Both the position numbers and the translations under genes were made by a program. The notes under the pieces are model-generated. The model made no database searches and was not told where the DNA came from. It was given only the letters and a program-made list of their open reading frames with translations. Shown piece after piece: positions 20,982 to 30,751 of a DNA stretch of 64,000 nt (the stretch's first letter is position 1; each line of letters begins with the position of its first letter). The DNA comes from a bacterium (GTDB lineage Bacteria > Electryoneota > Electryoneia > Electryoneales > Electryoneaceae): NCBI GenBank assembly GCA_963675295.2, contig CAXXKJ010000002.1, forward strand, positions 672,001 through 736,000, given 5' to 3'.

Positions 20982-22449
20982 TGCGACCGCACTTGAGTTG
21001 ATCCGCCGGGCGGGTGAGGTTGCCGCCGAGCGTGGTGTCGACGTGTACGCCGTCGGTGGGTATGTCCGTGACAAGCTGCTCGGATTGCCGTTCCGGGGCG
21101 AGGTGGACTTCTCGGTCGTCGGGGACGGCCCGGCGTTCGCGCGGGCGTTCGCGAAAGCGTTGGGCGACACCAGCAAAGTGACGGTCTACAAGCGCTTCGG
21201 TACAGCCTCGTTTGTGCGCAAGGGTATCCGTCTCGAATTCGCCACCTCCCGCCGTGAATCCTACAGCGAAGACTCCCGCAATCCTGATGTTGAACCGGCA
21301 CCGTTCGGAGAAGATCTCGCCCGTCGCGATTTCACCGTCAACGCAATGGCGGTTGACTGCCGCAACCCGGATGAAATCGTCGATCCGTTCGGCGGCCGGG
21401 ATGATCTCGCCAGTAAAATCCTGCGCACGCCACTTGACCCGCAACGCACCTTCAGCGACGATCCATTGCGCATTCTTCGCGCAGTGCGTTTCGCGGCACG
21501 GCTGAACTTCACCATCGACCCGGACACGTGGGCCGGGATGGTCCGTGAGGTGAAGCGTCTGCAAATTGTGGCCAAGGAACGGGTCAACGACGAGTTCTTC
21601 CAGATTCTCGCAACTGATCCGCCGTCCCGGGGGCTGATGCTGCTGCACGAGTGCGGCGCGTTGGGCGTGATTTTCCCGGAAATCGAGGAGCTGTCCGGGG
21701 TGGATCGGGTGGGCCGCCACGCGCACAAGGACAATCTCCTGCACACGTTCAAGGTGGTCGACAAGGTGGCGCAGAAGACGCAGAATGTCGGCCTGCGGTT
21801 CGCGGCGTTGCTGCACGATGTCGGCAAGCCGCGCACGAAGCGGTTTGAACAGGGGCAAGGCTGGACATTTCACGGGCATGAGCATGTCGGCGAGCGGATG
21901 GTCCGCAGGATGGGCCGCAACTACAAGTGGCCGGACGATCTGACGCAGAAGACCAGCAAGCTGGTGCGACTGCACATGCGCCCGATGAACTTGCAGGACG
22001 AAGGCGTCTCGGACAGCGCGATACGGCGGCTCGTGGTGCAGGCGGGCGAGGAGATCGACGATCTGCTCACCCTCTGCCGTGCCGACATCACCAGCGGTAA
22101 CGAGCAGAAGGTGAAGCGGTACCTCAACGCGTTCGATTCGATGGTCGACCGCATGGGCGAGATCGAGGCGAAGGACGCGCTGAAGGCGTTCCAGTCGCCG
22201 ATCCGTGGCGAGGAGATCATGGAGCGCACCGGCCTGCCGCAATCGCCGCGTGTCGGGTTGATCAAGACGTTGATCGAGGAGGAGATCCTCGACGGCCGCA
22301 TCGCGAACACCCGTGAGGGCGCGGAGCAGGTGTTCGACCGGATCGCGGAGCACGTTCAGTCGCTGGAAGAAGCGGTTGTGCTGAAACGGTTGCGTGACCT
22401 GTCCAAAGCCCGCGCGGAAGGAACCGCCCTGCCGCCGGACGCGGAGTAA
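20974..22449 (+). CDS. cca: CCA tRNA nucleotidyltransferase with HD domain
   Basis: 'YAVGGYVRDKLLG', 'EDLARRDFTVNAMA', 'FSDDPLRILRAVRFA', 'ALLHDVGKP', 'FHGHE'. Confidence 0.92.
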   Translation: MSDATALELIRRAGEVAAERGVDVYAVGGYVRDKLLGLPFRGEVDFSVVGDGPAFARAFAKALGDTSKVTVYKRFGTASFVRKGIRLEFATSRRESYSEDSRNPDVEPAPFGEDLARRDFTVNAMAVDCRNPDEIVDPFGGRDDLASKILRTPLDPQRTFSDDPLRILRAVRFAARLNFTIDPDTWAGMVREVKRLQIVAKERVNDEFFQILATDPPSRGLMLLHECGALGVIFPEIEELSGVDRVGRHAHKDNLLHTFKVVDKVAQKTQNVGLRFAALLHDVGKPRTKRFEQGQGWTFHGHEHVGERMVRRMGRNYKWPDDLTQKTSKLVRLHMRPMNLQDEGVSDSAIRRLVVQAGEEIDDLLTLCRADITSGNEQKVKRYLNAFDSMVDRMGEIEAKDALKAFQSPIRGEEIMERTGLPQSPRVGLIKTLIEEEILDGRIANTREGAEQVFDRIAEHVQSLEEAVVLKRLRDLSKARAEGTALPPDAE

Positions 22450-22559
22450 TTCTCCGCGGAATCGTTCCATACATCGTATTCAAGCACAAAATGAGTGGTT
22501 CCTTAGCTTTCCTGCCTGCTTATCTTCCGCAATCTGGACGTGTACGAGGATGAAGCTGC

Positions 22560-23390
<831 letters not shown>

Positions 23391-23393
23391 AGA

Positions 23394-23601
23394 CGGTAAT
23401 CGGTACTCGGTTGTCGGTGATCGGAAGTTGGTTTTCGGTAGACGGTTGTCGGTAATCGGTAACAGAAGACCCTTGGCGGTGGGTTGTTACAGGTGCGGTT
23501 GATCCCAGACATAAATGTCTGGGGCATGAGAGCTTCATCGAGGACATAGGTTCATCGTAAACAATATTTTCGACCACTGACCACTGACCACTGACCACTG
23601 A
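23394..23601. repeat. Composite element: CGGTAAT-type array, GACAT hairpin, CTGACCA array
   Basis: About 10 CGGTNNT units (23394-23462); CCCAGACATAAATGTCTGGGGCAT (23504-23527); about 4 GACCACT units (23572-23600). Confidence 0.9.
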
Positions 23602-24486
23602 TTACCGATCTCCCACCACCACTTTCTTCGTTGAGTCGAACTTCTCCGGCACTTCCGCGGTGACGTAATACACTCCACCGGCCAGACGATGGGCATCGAA
23701 GGTTAACGTAAGCTCGCCAGCCGGGAAACGCCCCCGGGCGAGATCGGTAACTACCTGGCCGGTGGTATCGTAGACGCGTACCGTCAGATCAGATTCCTTC
23801 GGCAACGTGACGGTGAAGTCCTGGTTCTGTTCGTCTGGATTCGGGTACGGACCGTGCAGAGCGTAACTGCTCGGACGTTCGGTGCCGGTGTCCAGCGGGT
23901 TGAATTGGATCGAGGACGCAGACTCCTTCCAGTCGTCGAGATCGGGCGGATTTGCAGCTCCGGGCACGCCGGTCTTGATGAACAGGAAGCTGTCTTCGAC
24001 CGTTCGCTCACCCAGCCGCAGTTGCACAATGAACTCGTACAGTCCCGCCGGTGCGGACTGGGGCACGTCCTGCGTCAGGCCGGAAAAGAGCTGGTCCATG
24101 CCCGGCACCAGGGGCAGGGTTTCTACCGAAGTCGGTCCAAACAGGCTACCGCTGGGCAGACGGACATAGGTCGAATATTCGACGGTCAGCACACGGTAGG
24201 ACGAATTGGTGACATGCACGCTGAAGCTGAGTGTGCCGCCGTGCGGGGGAATGGTCCGTGAATTCAGGTCGGGGATCAGCTCGACGGTCACCGGGGAATC
24301 GGTCTCGTCCGGGTCATCATCAAGAAAGGTGTCTTCAAGGGGCTGGACAGGTTGCGTCGTCCGGGGTCGCTCGAGGGCCAGAGTAGTCGCTCCGTCCGCC
24401 GCGCTGGTGGTTTCAGCATTCGCCAGCGCGACGAACAGGCAGCCCATGGTACCCAGCAGTGTCCAGAACAAACGGGCTTGCTTCAT
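23602..24486 (-). CDS. Small secreted protein: propeptide-like segment, Ig-like domain, divergent T9SS CTD
   Basis: MKQARLF signal peptide; 'TIPPHGGTLSFSVHV...EDSFLFIKTG' domain; 'YPNP...VYDTTGQVV...GGVYYV'. Confidence 0.8.
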   Translation of the reverse strand: MKQARLFWTLLGTMGCLFVALANAETTSAADGATTLALERPRTTQPVQPLEDTFLDDDPDETDSPVTVELIPDLNSRTIPPHGGTLSFSVHVTNSSYRVLTVEYSTYVRLPSGSLFGPTSVETLPLVPGMDQLFSGLTQDVPQSAPAGLYEFIVQLRLGERTVEDSFLFIKTGVPGAANPPDLDDWKESASSIQFNPLDTGTERPSSYALHGPYPNPDEQNQDFTVTLPKESDLTVRVYDTTGQVVTDLARGRFPAGELTLTFDAHRLAGGVYYVTAEVPEKFDSTKKVVVGDR

Positions 24487-24582
24487 TGGATTCTCCAGCA
24501 CATCGGAACAGCAACTGATTGACGACTTCGCTGCGAGCATTTGGCGGTGACTGGCCGCCGTTTTCGGTTCACTCAGGGATAA

Positions 24583-24598
24583 AGCAAGAAGCGTTCCG
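24583..24598 (-). promoter_or_regulatory. Candidate sigma54 promoter
   Basis: Minus strand CGGAACGCTTCTTGCT (GG-N10-GC), about 100 bp upstream of ATG 24486. Confidence 0.45.
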
Positions 24599-24695
24599 GA
24601 ATTGATAACGTGGCCCCGTGGGCTGCGTAAAAGGCTGCATATCAGGTAATAAAAAGAAGATCAGGTGTGGAGTGCGGGCAAACACCCCACTAGCA

Positions 24696-24720
24696 AAGCC
24701 ATGCGGATTGCGCATGGCTT
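24696..24720. terminator. Hairpin downstream of the FG-GAP gene
   Basis: AAGCCATGCG-GATTG-CGCATGGCTT. Confidence 0.5.
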
Positions 24721-24763
24721 GCACGTCGGGTTGCAAAATGTTCGGATGGTTGCGCTGGCCGGG

Positions 24764-26518
24764 TTATTTCAGCAGAACCACCTTGCGGATATCGTCCAGT
24801 TGGCCAGGAACCGTTGCCCGCACGAAGTACACACCACTCGCCATTGTCGATCCGTCGAGCACGAACTCATGTGTTCCTGCCGCTGCCGGTCCACGATGCA
24901 GCTCCGCAACCTGCTGTCCCGTCATGTTGTAGACCATAACGGTCAAGTCCGCCGTTTCCGGCAGGCTCACCGAAATTGTCGTGCTCGGGTTGAAAGGGTT
25001 CGGCGATGGGTCACAAAGCGCGAACCGAGTCGGGAGGTCGTTCTCCGCGGGCACTTCCGGATTCTCGGGAACATCCAGGTACGACCACAACAACTCCGTT
25101 TCATTCCCGGCTTTATGGAAGGGGAACGAGTCGCTGACGGTGAAATCGGATGTCACGATCTCACCGATAAACTGGTAGTCGCCGGGCGGGAGGCCGCCCG
25201 GGATCGGGGTTCCGAGGCTGATGAAGCTGAGGCCGGAATGCGGAGCGAGCGCAACGCCGATGGATGACAACGGCCCGTACGAAGCTCCGTTCGGCAGTTC
25301 CAGCATGGTGCGGAAGATGCCGCTGTAACTCTGGTCGGAGGTGTTGCTCATGTGGACATCGCAGATCACCACGCCCCCGCCGGCGGGGATGTGGATCGGC
25401 GTATTGTGTGGAATCAATTCGATTTCAAGCGGAGCGGACGGGCTGCCGTTTTGTTCGACCCACATCAACCGGCCTTGGAAGTGGCTGGCGGTGGCGATGT
25501 CGATGTCGCCGTCCTGGTCGAAATCCTCCGCCACGACATACGATGCACCCAGCATCGGCGCGATCTCGTGTTCAGTCCACAGATCGCCGCCATCGTCCGA
25601 CCACCACGAGATGCCCGTGGTGTATTTCGCGCAAACGATATCCAGCTGGTTGTCACCGTCCACATCGGCCACGGCGACTTCATGCGGCTGCCAGCAGTAG
25701 CCGACGGTGTGGCGGATGACGCCGGTCTGCGTGTTCTCAAACCAATCGATGGTGTGGTGTCGTTCGGATGTCGCGAGGATGTCAAGCCAGCCGTCACCAT
25801 TGAAGTCGTGGAACTGGACATCGTAGGCACCATCGTAATTGACGGCGATCGGAAATGCGGTCCAAGGCTGCCCAGCTCCGGGATTGCGCGCGATCATGAT
25901 CTTACCATCGTCGGTGGCGTACTGCGAATAGACGAGGTCGAGGTCGCCATCGTTGTCTACGTCGCCCGCATCAAGCCGGATAACAAAGTCAGGGAGGTTA
26001 GGCAGTAGGGTGTGTACTGTAAAATCAGTTCCGAGATTTTCGATCCACTTGATCGCGTTCGGGTACTGGAAGATCGCGAGCAGATCGGTGTCGCCGTCCT
26101 GATCGAAATCCACAGCTTTGACATAGTAGGCGACCCCGGACACCTGAAACTGCAGATCCAGACCGGATCCCGTGGTTCTGTAGATGCGGACGCCATTGTC
26201 GAGACGCGAGGCGGTGGTGAGGTCCGTGATGCCGTCCTGGTCGAAATCGGCGACCTCGACATCGTGGCAGTCGTAGTCACTCGTCAACGTGTGCCGGGTA
26301 ATGTCACCGAGTGACACTTCCCACCAGTCGCTGCCTTCGTACCCTTGGTTGCCGGTGATCAGGTCGGTATCGCCGTCGTTGTCGACGTCCACGGCACGCA
26401 TCGCACGGATGCCATCGACGAACGCGACGGTGTGTTGCGTCCATTGCGGCTGGCTGAATGCAGGAACGGATAGCGACAGGATCAACAGGCAGGCAAACAA
26501 CAGGCATGTACGGTGCAT
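24764..26518 (-). CDS. FG-GAP/VCBS repeat protein with Ig-like domain and T9SS CTD
   Basis: Signal peptide; seven DxDxDGDxD-type repeats; 'SPNPFNPSTTI...ASGVYFVR...RKVVLLK'. Confidence 0.9.
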   Translation of the reverse strand: MHRTCLLFACLLILSLSVPAFSQPQWTQHTVAFVDGIRAMRAVDVDNDGDTDLITGNQGYEGSDWWEVSLGDITRHTLTSDYDCHDVEVADFDQDGITDLTTASRLDNGVRIYRTTGSGLDLQFQVSGVAYYVKAVDFDQDGDTDLLAIFQYPNAIKWIENLGTDFTVHTLLPNLPDFVIRLDAGDVDNDGDLDLVYSQYATDDGKIMIARNPGAGQPWTAFPIAVNYDGAYDVQFHDFNGDGWLDILATSERHHTIDWFENTQTGVIRHTVGYCWQPHEVAVADVDGDNQLDIVCAKYTTGISWWSDDGGDLWTEHEIAPMLGASYVVAEDFDQDGDIDIATASHFQGRLMWVEQNGSPSAPLEIELIPHNTPIHIPAGGGVVICDVHMSNTSDQSYSGIFRTMLELPNGASYGPLSSIGVALAPHSGLSFISLGTPIPGGLPPGDYQFIGEIVTSDFTVSDSFPFHKAGNETELLWSYLDVPENPEVPAENDLPTRFALCDPSPNPFNPSTTISVSLPETADLTVMVYNMTGQQVAELHRGPAAAGTHEFVLDGSTMASGVYFVRATVPGQLDDIRKVVLLK

Positions 26519-26655
26519 GGTGTCCCCCGGGTATCATAACGAGCGTGATAGAAAGCGATTTTGCAGATCCACAGAAACTAGGAACGCGTATTCTTGCTTT
26601 GCAATGGTGGGGGACGGGAAATTGACGAAACCTCGCAACGCGACCTCTCGAACGA

Positions 26656-27330
26656 TCAGTCCGCAGCTGTTGAATCGCTCTCTGCATCCGTTTCCCGCGC
26701 AGGGATTTCGATGTCGAGACCGTAGGTGTCGTTGAGCAAGGCAAGCACCTCACGGGTTTCATTGGCGTAGTACGTTTCGCTGCCATAAATGTTCTGGAAG
26801 ACCAGTGTCAGCGCCCTGATCTGCGGCTTGGCCTCGTCCTGCTTGAACATGTCGGCGTCCCGGATGAATTCGCCAATCGCGGTGATGCTGATCCCGAACG
26901 CGGCGCTCTGCGCGTTGTACAGATGGCTGATCCTCGCGAGAACCTCATAGTCGAATTGCTGCACCGCTCCGGACGCGATCGCGGCGTCAAACGCGGATCG
27001 TTCGAGGAGCGGAATCCTGGGTGAATCGTACTCGAGCAGTTCTATGAAGATTGTGAACGCGTCCTTGCCCGCAAAGGCGCTGTCCGGCAGATGCCGCATC
27101 GCGGGTACGAGATCCTTGTGCAGCGAGATGGAATCGTCGACCTGGATCAGGTTGGCGTGGATCTCGTGAGCAATGTTGTGGATCGCGACTTCGGCGAGCT
27201 GGCGGTCACGGCGTGTTTCCTGCCACTGGCTGACGGAAAACGCGAGGAAGACGGAGACGAAGATCAGCACCAGCTCGAGCAGGAAATAGCCGAACGGGCG
27301 GTTGCCGGACCCACCGAATCGCGCCATCAT
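26656..27330 (-). CDS. Membrane-anchored hypothetical protein (DUF6090-like N-terminus)
   Basis: 'YFLLELVLIFVSVFLAFSVSQWQE' anchor followed by a helical region; start overlaps the ABC-F stop. Confidence 0.7.
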   Translation of the reverse strand: MMARFGGSGNRPFGYFLLELVLIFVSVFLAFSVSQWQETRRDRQLAEVAIHNIAHEIHANLIQVDDSISLHKDLVPAMRHLPDSAFAGKDAFTIFIELLEYDSPRIPLLERSAFDAAIASGAVQQFDYEVLARISHLYNAQSAAFGISITAIGEFIRDADMFKQDEAKPQIRALTLVFQNIYGSETYYANETREVLALLNDTYGLDIEIPARETDAESDSTAAD

Positions 27331-29273
27331 AACAGCTCCTTCTTCTTGTCACCGAGCACGAACCACTCTTCGTAAATCTCTTCGAGCTGCGCGCGGATCT
27401 TGTCGAGCCGTTCCTGCTTTTGCAGCTCACGCTTGGTGTTGCCCTTGTCCCGTTCGCGTTCGATCTCGGCATTCAGACGCTCGATCTGTTCCTCGAGGCG
27501 GTGGATTTCCGCTTCCAGTTCGGCGAACCGTTTCGGGTCGAACTTCATCCGCTTGAGGCGGTTTTCGCGCTTGTTGAGCCGCTTTTCCTTCTCCTTGATC
27601 TTCTTTTGGTCGCGTTTGGCCTGTTCGGCGTCCCGGCGTTCACTCCACTCGACCCAGAAGTCGGAAAAATTGCCCTCAAACTCTTCCACCGCCGCATGGT
27701 TCAGGTAGAACACCTCCTCGGCCAGCTTGTCGAGGAAATAGCGGTCGTGGCTAACGACCAGCAGCGTTCCGGGGAACTGCTCGAGCGCGTCCTCGACCGC
27801 CTCCCGGCTGAATACGTCCAGGTGGTTCGTCGGTTCGTCCAGCAGCAGGAAGTTGTAATTACCGGTCATCAGCGCGGCCAGTTGCAGCCGGACTCGTTCG
27901 CCGCCGGAGAGCACGCTGACCGGTTTCGTCAGATCGTCCCGGCTGAACAGGAAGCGGTGCAGCAACGCTTCGGCTTCATTGCGGCGCAGGCCGGTGAGAC
28001 GCAGGCACTCGTGGACGAGATCGTTCTTCGGGTCGAGTTCGTCGCCCATCTGCGAGAGGTAGCCCATCTTCATCGCGGGGCCGACACGCAGGGTTTCGTT
28101 CTCCCATCGTCCGGTTTTGTACACGTCGCGCAGGAAGGTGGTTTTACCGGTGCCGTTGGGTCCGACCAGCGCGGCACGTTGGCCCTGTTCGATGCGGAAC
28201 CAGACGTTGTCGAACAGCGGCGGCGCATCGTCGTAAGACCGAGTGTAGCCTCGCACGTCAATCGCGATCGTGCCCTTGGTGCGTTCGCCGCCGAAACGCA
28301 GCGCGATCGAGCGGGTGTCGTCACGCGGGCCGGTGTCGGTGCTGCGCAGTTCTTCGATGCGTTTTTCGAACCGTTTTGCGGTGCGGGCGAGTTTCGGGTT
28401 GTCGTAGACGCTGGCCCAGCTCTTCAGCCGCTGGACCTGGAACGAGAGCCGGTCAGCTTCCCGTTCGGCGCGTTTTTTCTCGGACGCCGCCCGTTCCATC
28501 CGCAACAGCTTTTCGGCACGGTAGGCGGAATAGTTGCCAGAGTAATGTTCGATCCGCCCGTCCTGCAGCTCCCACGTTTCGCGCGTGACGCTATCGAGCA
28601 GATAGCGGTTGTGGCTGACGAGGACCACCGCGCCGGAGAAGCGCTTAAGTTCGCCTTCGAGCCAGTCCAATCCTTCGAAGTCGAGGTGGTTGCCAGGTTC
28701 GTCGAGCAGCATCACGTCCGGATCGACGACCAGCACACGTGCGAGGCCGATGATGTTGCGTTCGCCGCCGGAGAAGGTGGCGGCTTCACGTCCCCAGTCA
28801 CGCCTCGGCATACCGAGCCCGTCGAGGATCGCTTCGACGCGTCCGTCGATGCGGTAGCCGTCCGCCATCTCGAACCGTTCCTGTGCTTTTGCGTAACGGT
28901 CGAGCACGCTCTGGTAGTCGTCCTCCCGCGCCTGTAAGCTGGGATCGGCGAGGGCGGTTTCCAGCTCACGCATCTCGGTCTCAATGGCCTCAACTCCGGC
29001 GAGACCCTCGCGGACTTCGTCGAACAGGGTGCGTCCAGCGGGATACTTAGGGTCCTGGGCGAGGTACGAGACACGCAGGTCCGGCAATTTGTTGAAATGG
29101 CCGGAGGACGGCTGGTCGAGTCCGGCGATCAACTTGAGCAGTGTGGTTTTGCCGGAGCCGTTCCGTCCGACCAGACCGACCGCCTTGCCGGCGTTGATCT
29201 CGAGGTTGATGCCGGCGAGGACATCCTGCGAACCGAAACTGCGTCCGATGTTGTTGAGCGTGATCAGTGACAT
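27327..29273 (-). CDS. ABC-F family ATP-binding cassette protein
   Basis: Two ABC domains (GRNGSGKTT, FSGGE, LLDEPGNHLD; GPNGTGKTT, LSGGE, LLDEPTNHLD), no TM segments, coiled-coil tail; ATG 29273. Confidence 0.95.
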   Translation of the reverse strand: MSLITLNNIGRSFGSQDVLAGINLEINAGKAVGLVGRNGSGKTTLLKLIAGLDQPSSGHFNKLPDLRVSYLAQDPKYPAGRTLFDEVREGLAGVEAIETEMRELETALADPSLQAREDDYQSVLDRYAKAQERFEMADGYRIDGRVEAILDGLGMPRRDWGREAATFSGGERNIIGLARVLVVDPDVMLLDEPGNHLDFEGLDWLEGELKRFSGAVVLVSHNRYLLDSVTRETWELQDGRIEHYSGNYSAYRAEKLLRMERAASEKKRAEREADRLSFQVQRLKSWASVYDNPKLARTAKRFEKRIEELRSTDTGPRDDTRSIALRFGGERTKGTIAIDVRGYTRSYDDAPPLFDNVWFRIEQGQRAALVGPNGTGKTTFLRDVYKTGRWENETLRVGPAMKMGYLSQMGDELDPKNDLVHECLRLTGLRRNEAEALLHRFLFSRDDLTKPVSVLSGGERVRLQLAALMTGNYNFLLLDEPTNHLDVFSREAVEDALEQFPGTLLVVSHDRYFLDKLAEEVFYLNHAAVEEFEGNFSDFWVEWSERRDAEQAKRDQKKIKEKEKRLNKRENRLKRMKFDPKRFAELEAEIHRLEEQIERLNAEIERERDKGNTKRELQKQERLDKIRAQLEEIYEEWFVLGDKKKELL

Positions 29274-29295
29274 GGTGCGGGAGTATACGAAACGG

Positions 29296-29468
29296 GGATG
29301 TGAGATACGAGATGTGAGATGTGAGTGTGAGGTGGAATGTGTTGTGAGGTGGATAAGGTGAGGTAGGTGCCCGTGTTTGCTTGCAAACGCGTACGAACCG
29401 AATCTGAATACAGATGACGGTTGGAGAGTTACTGGGCGGATGATCCACGACATAAATGTCGTGGGCAC
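29296..29468. repeat. TGAGATG-type heptamers plus GTGCCC...GGGCAC hairpin doublet
   Basis: tgagata cgagatg tgagatg; GTGCCCGTGTTTGCTTGCAAACGCG (29367) and CCACGACATAAATGTCGTGGGCAC (29445-29468). Confidence 0.8.
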
Positions 29469-29483
29469 GTCAGTTATTTACTT

Positions 29484-29595
29484 TCAGGACTCAGGACTCA
29501 GGACTCAGGACTCAGGACTCAGGACTCAGGACTCAGGACTCAGGACTCAGGACTCAGGACTCAGGACTCAGGACTCAGGACTCAGGACTCAGGAC
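29484..29595 (+). repeat. Perfect heptamer tandem repeat (TCAGGAC)x16
   Basis: 112 bp equals 16 exact copies. Confidence 0.98.
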
Positions 29596-29631
29596 AAAAA
29601 AAGGGGCAACCACCTGATGGCGGCTGCCCCT
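29596..29631 (-). terminator. Intrinsic terminator
   Basis: AGGGGCA...TGCCCCT stem with a T-run on the minus strand, downstream of the gene ending at 29672. Confidence 0.75.
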
Positions 29632-29671
29632 GTTGTTGCTCACAACTCATCACTCACAACTCACAACTGTT

Positions 29672-30415
29672 TTACTTCACCAGCGTCACCCGTTGCGCGA
29701 GCTGTTGCTGTCCGGCCTGCAGACGGAGCAGGTAGGTTCCGCTCGGCAAATCCCGGGCGTTCAGGCTGAGCTGGTGTGTCCCGGCGCTGTGGAAGCCGTC
29801 GCTGAGGATCTGGACTTCACGGCCCATCACGTCGAACAGCGCGATGGTGGCGTCGCCCGGCGCGGGGAGGGTGAAGTTGACCGTCGCCTGCGCGTTGAAC
29901 GGGTTCGGGTACACCGGCGCGAGGCTGTACTCGAGCGGACGGGTGGTCTCGCCTTCGTCCACATTCGAGCCTTCGCCGATGATCAGGATGAACTGGGTTT
30001 CGACGTAGTCGTTCGGAAATTCTTCGTCATATGCACGGGTGTTGATGTACAGCGTCGTATCCGGCACTTCCGGGTAGTCGAGGAACAACCAGCCGACCTG
30101 GATGTGACAGTCAGGATCGGATTCCATAGCACCCAGGGTGTCCGGAATCTGCTGGAAGAACGGGGCATAACAGAAGCCATGGGTGCACCATGAACGTGAC
30201 CAATCCAGGTTGTTCGGCGTGTCGTCGAGGAACTCGAGCATGTAGACGCGTTCTTCATTCGTGGTGTTGGCGATTTCGATACCGAAGGCACACTCGAGGT
30301 CATCCGGATCGACCATCAGAAGAGTGTCGTGCGGATCCCAGCTGAACGTGCTTTGAGCGAAAGTTGGAACGACTGCCACGGCGAGCAGGGCCAGAGCCAA
30401 TAGCATGCGAGTCAT
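29672..30415 (-). CDS. Small secreted protein (single Ig-like domain) with T9SS CTD
   Basis: MTRMLLALALLAVAVVPTFA signal; 'SWCTHGFCYAPF' motif; 'YPNPFNAQAT...SGTYLLRL...QRVTLVK'. Confidence 0.85.
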   Translation of the reverse strand: MTRMLLALALLAVAVVPTFAQSTFSWDPHDTLLMVDPDDLECAFGIEIANTTNEERVYMLEFLDDTPNNLDWSRSWCTHGFCYAPFFQQIPDTLGAMESDPDCHIQVGWLFLDYPEVPDTTLYINTRAYDEEFPNDYVETQFILIIGEGSNVDEGETTRPLEYSLAPVYPNPFNAQATVNFTLPAPGDATIALFDVMGREVQILSDGFHSAGTHQLSLNARDLPSGTYLLRLQAGQQQLAQRVTLVK

Positions 30416-30751
30416 CGTATACCCTCTTTTTTCGTGCGTGTTTCGCCTGCCGCGTGGCAGGAATGTACCTTCCCCCGTGTAAGTATACACAGGGGTGAGG
30501 AGGATTTCCAAGCCGGTGTCACGTCTCGGGTTACACAGGTTACGGACTCGGTATTTGGGGTTCTCCCGGAGCCGTTTTCGCTTTAGCCGGAGCACTGAAA
30601 GCGCTATACTAGGCCAGCTTCGTCCTTATGTTACAAGCAGAAACCGCGAGTGTTGAACTTGTGTGGGGTCCGGACGAGGTCTATATTTCTTGGACGTACC
30701 GGTCTGACATTCCAGACCGTTCCATTTCCAGCATCAGGAATGAGGGGCGCA

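Noticed and set aside
29274-29468. N-terminal extensions of the ABC-F ORF and of the ORF starting at 17987
   Set aside because: They run through repeat elements; downstream ATGs coincide with the domain or signal-peptide starts
29484-29595. Possible CRISPR array
   Set aside because: 7-bp tandem units without spacers; no cas genes in the window
29377-29769. ORFs containing (LRTQDSG)n
   Set aside because: They are translations of the TCAGGAC array, overlap a terminator and lack a credible start
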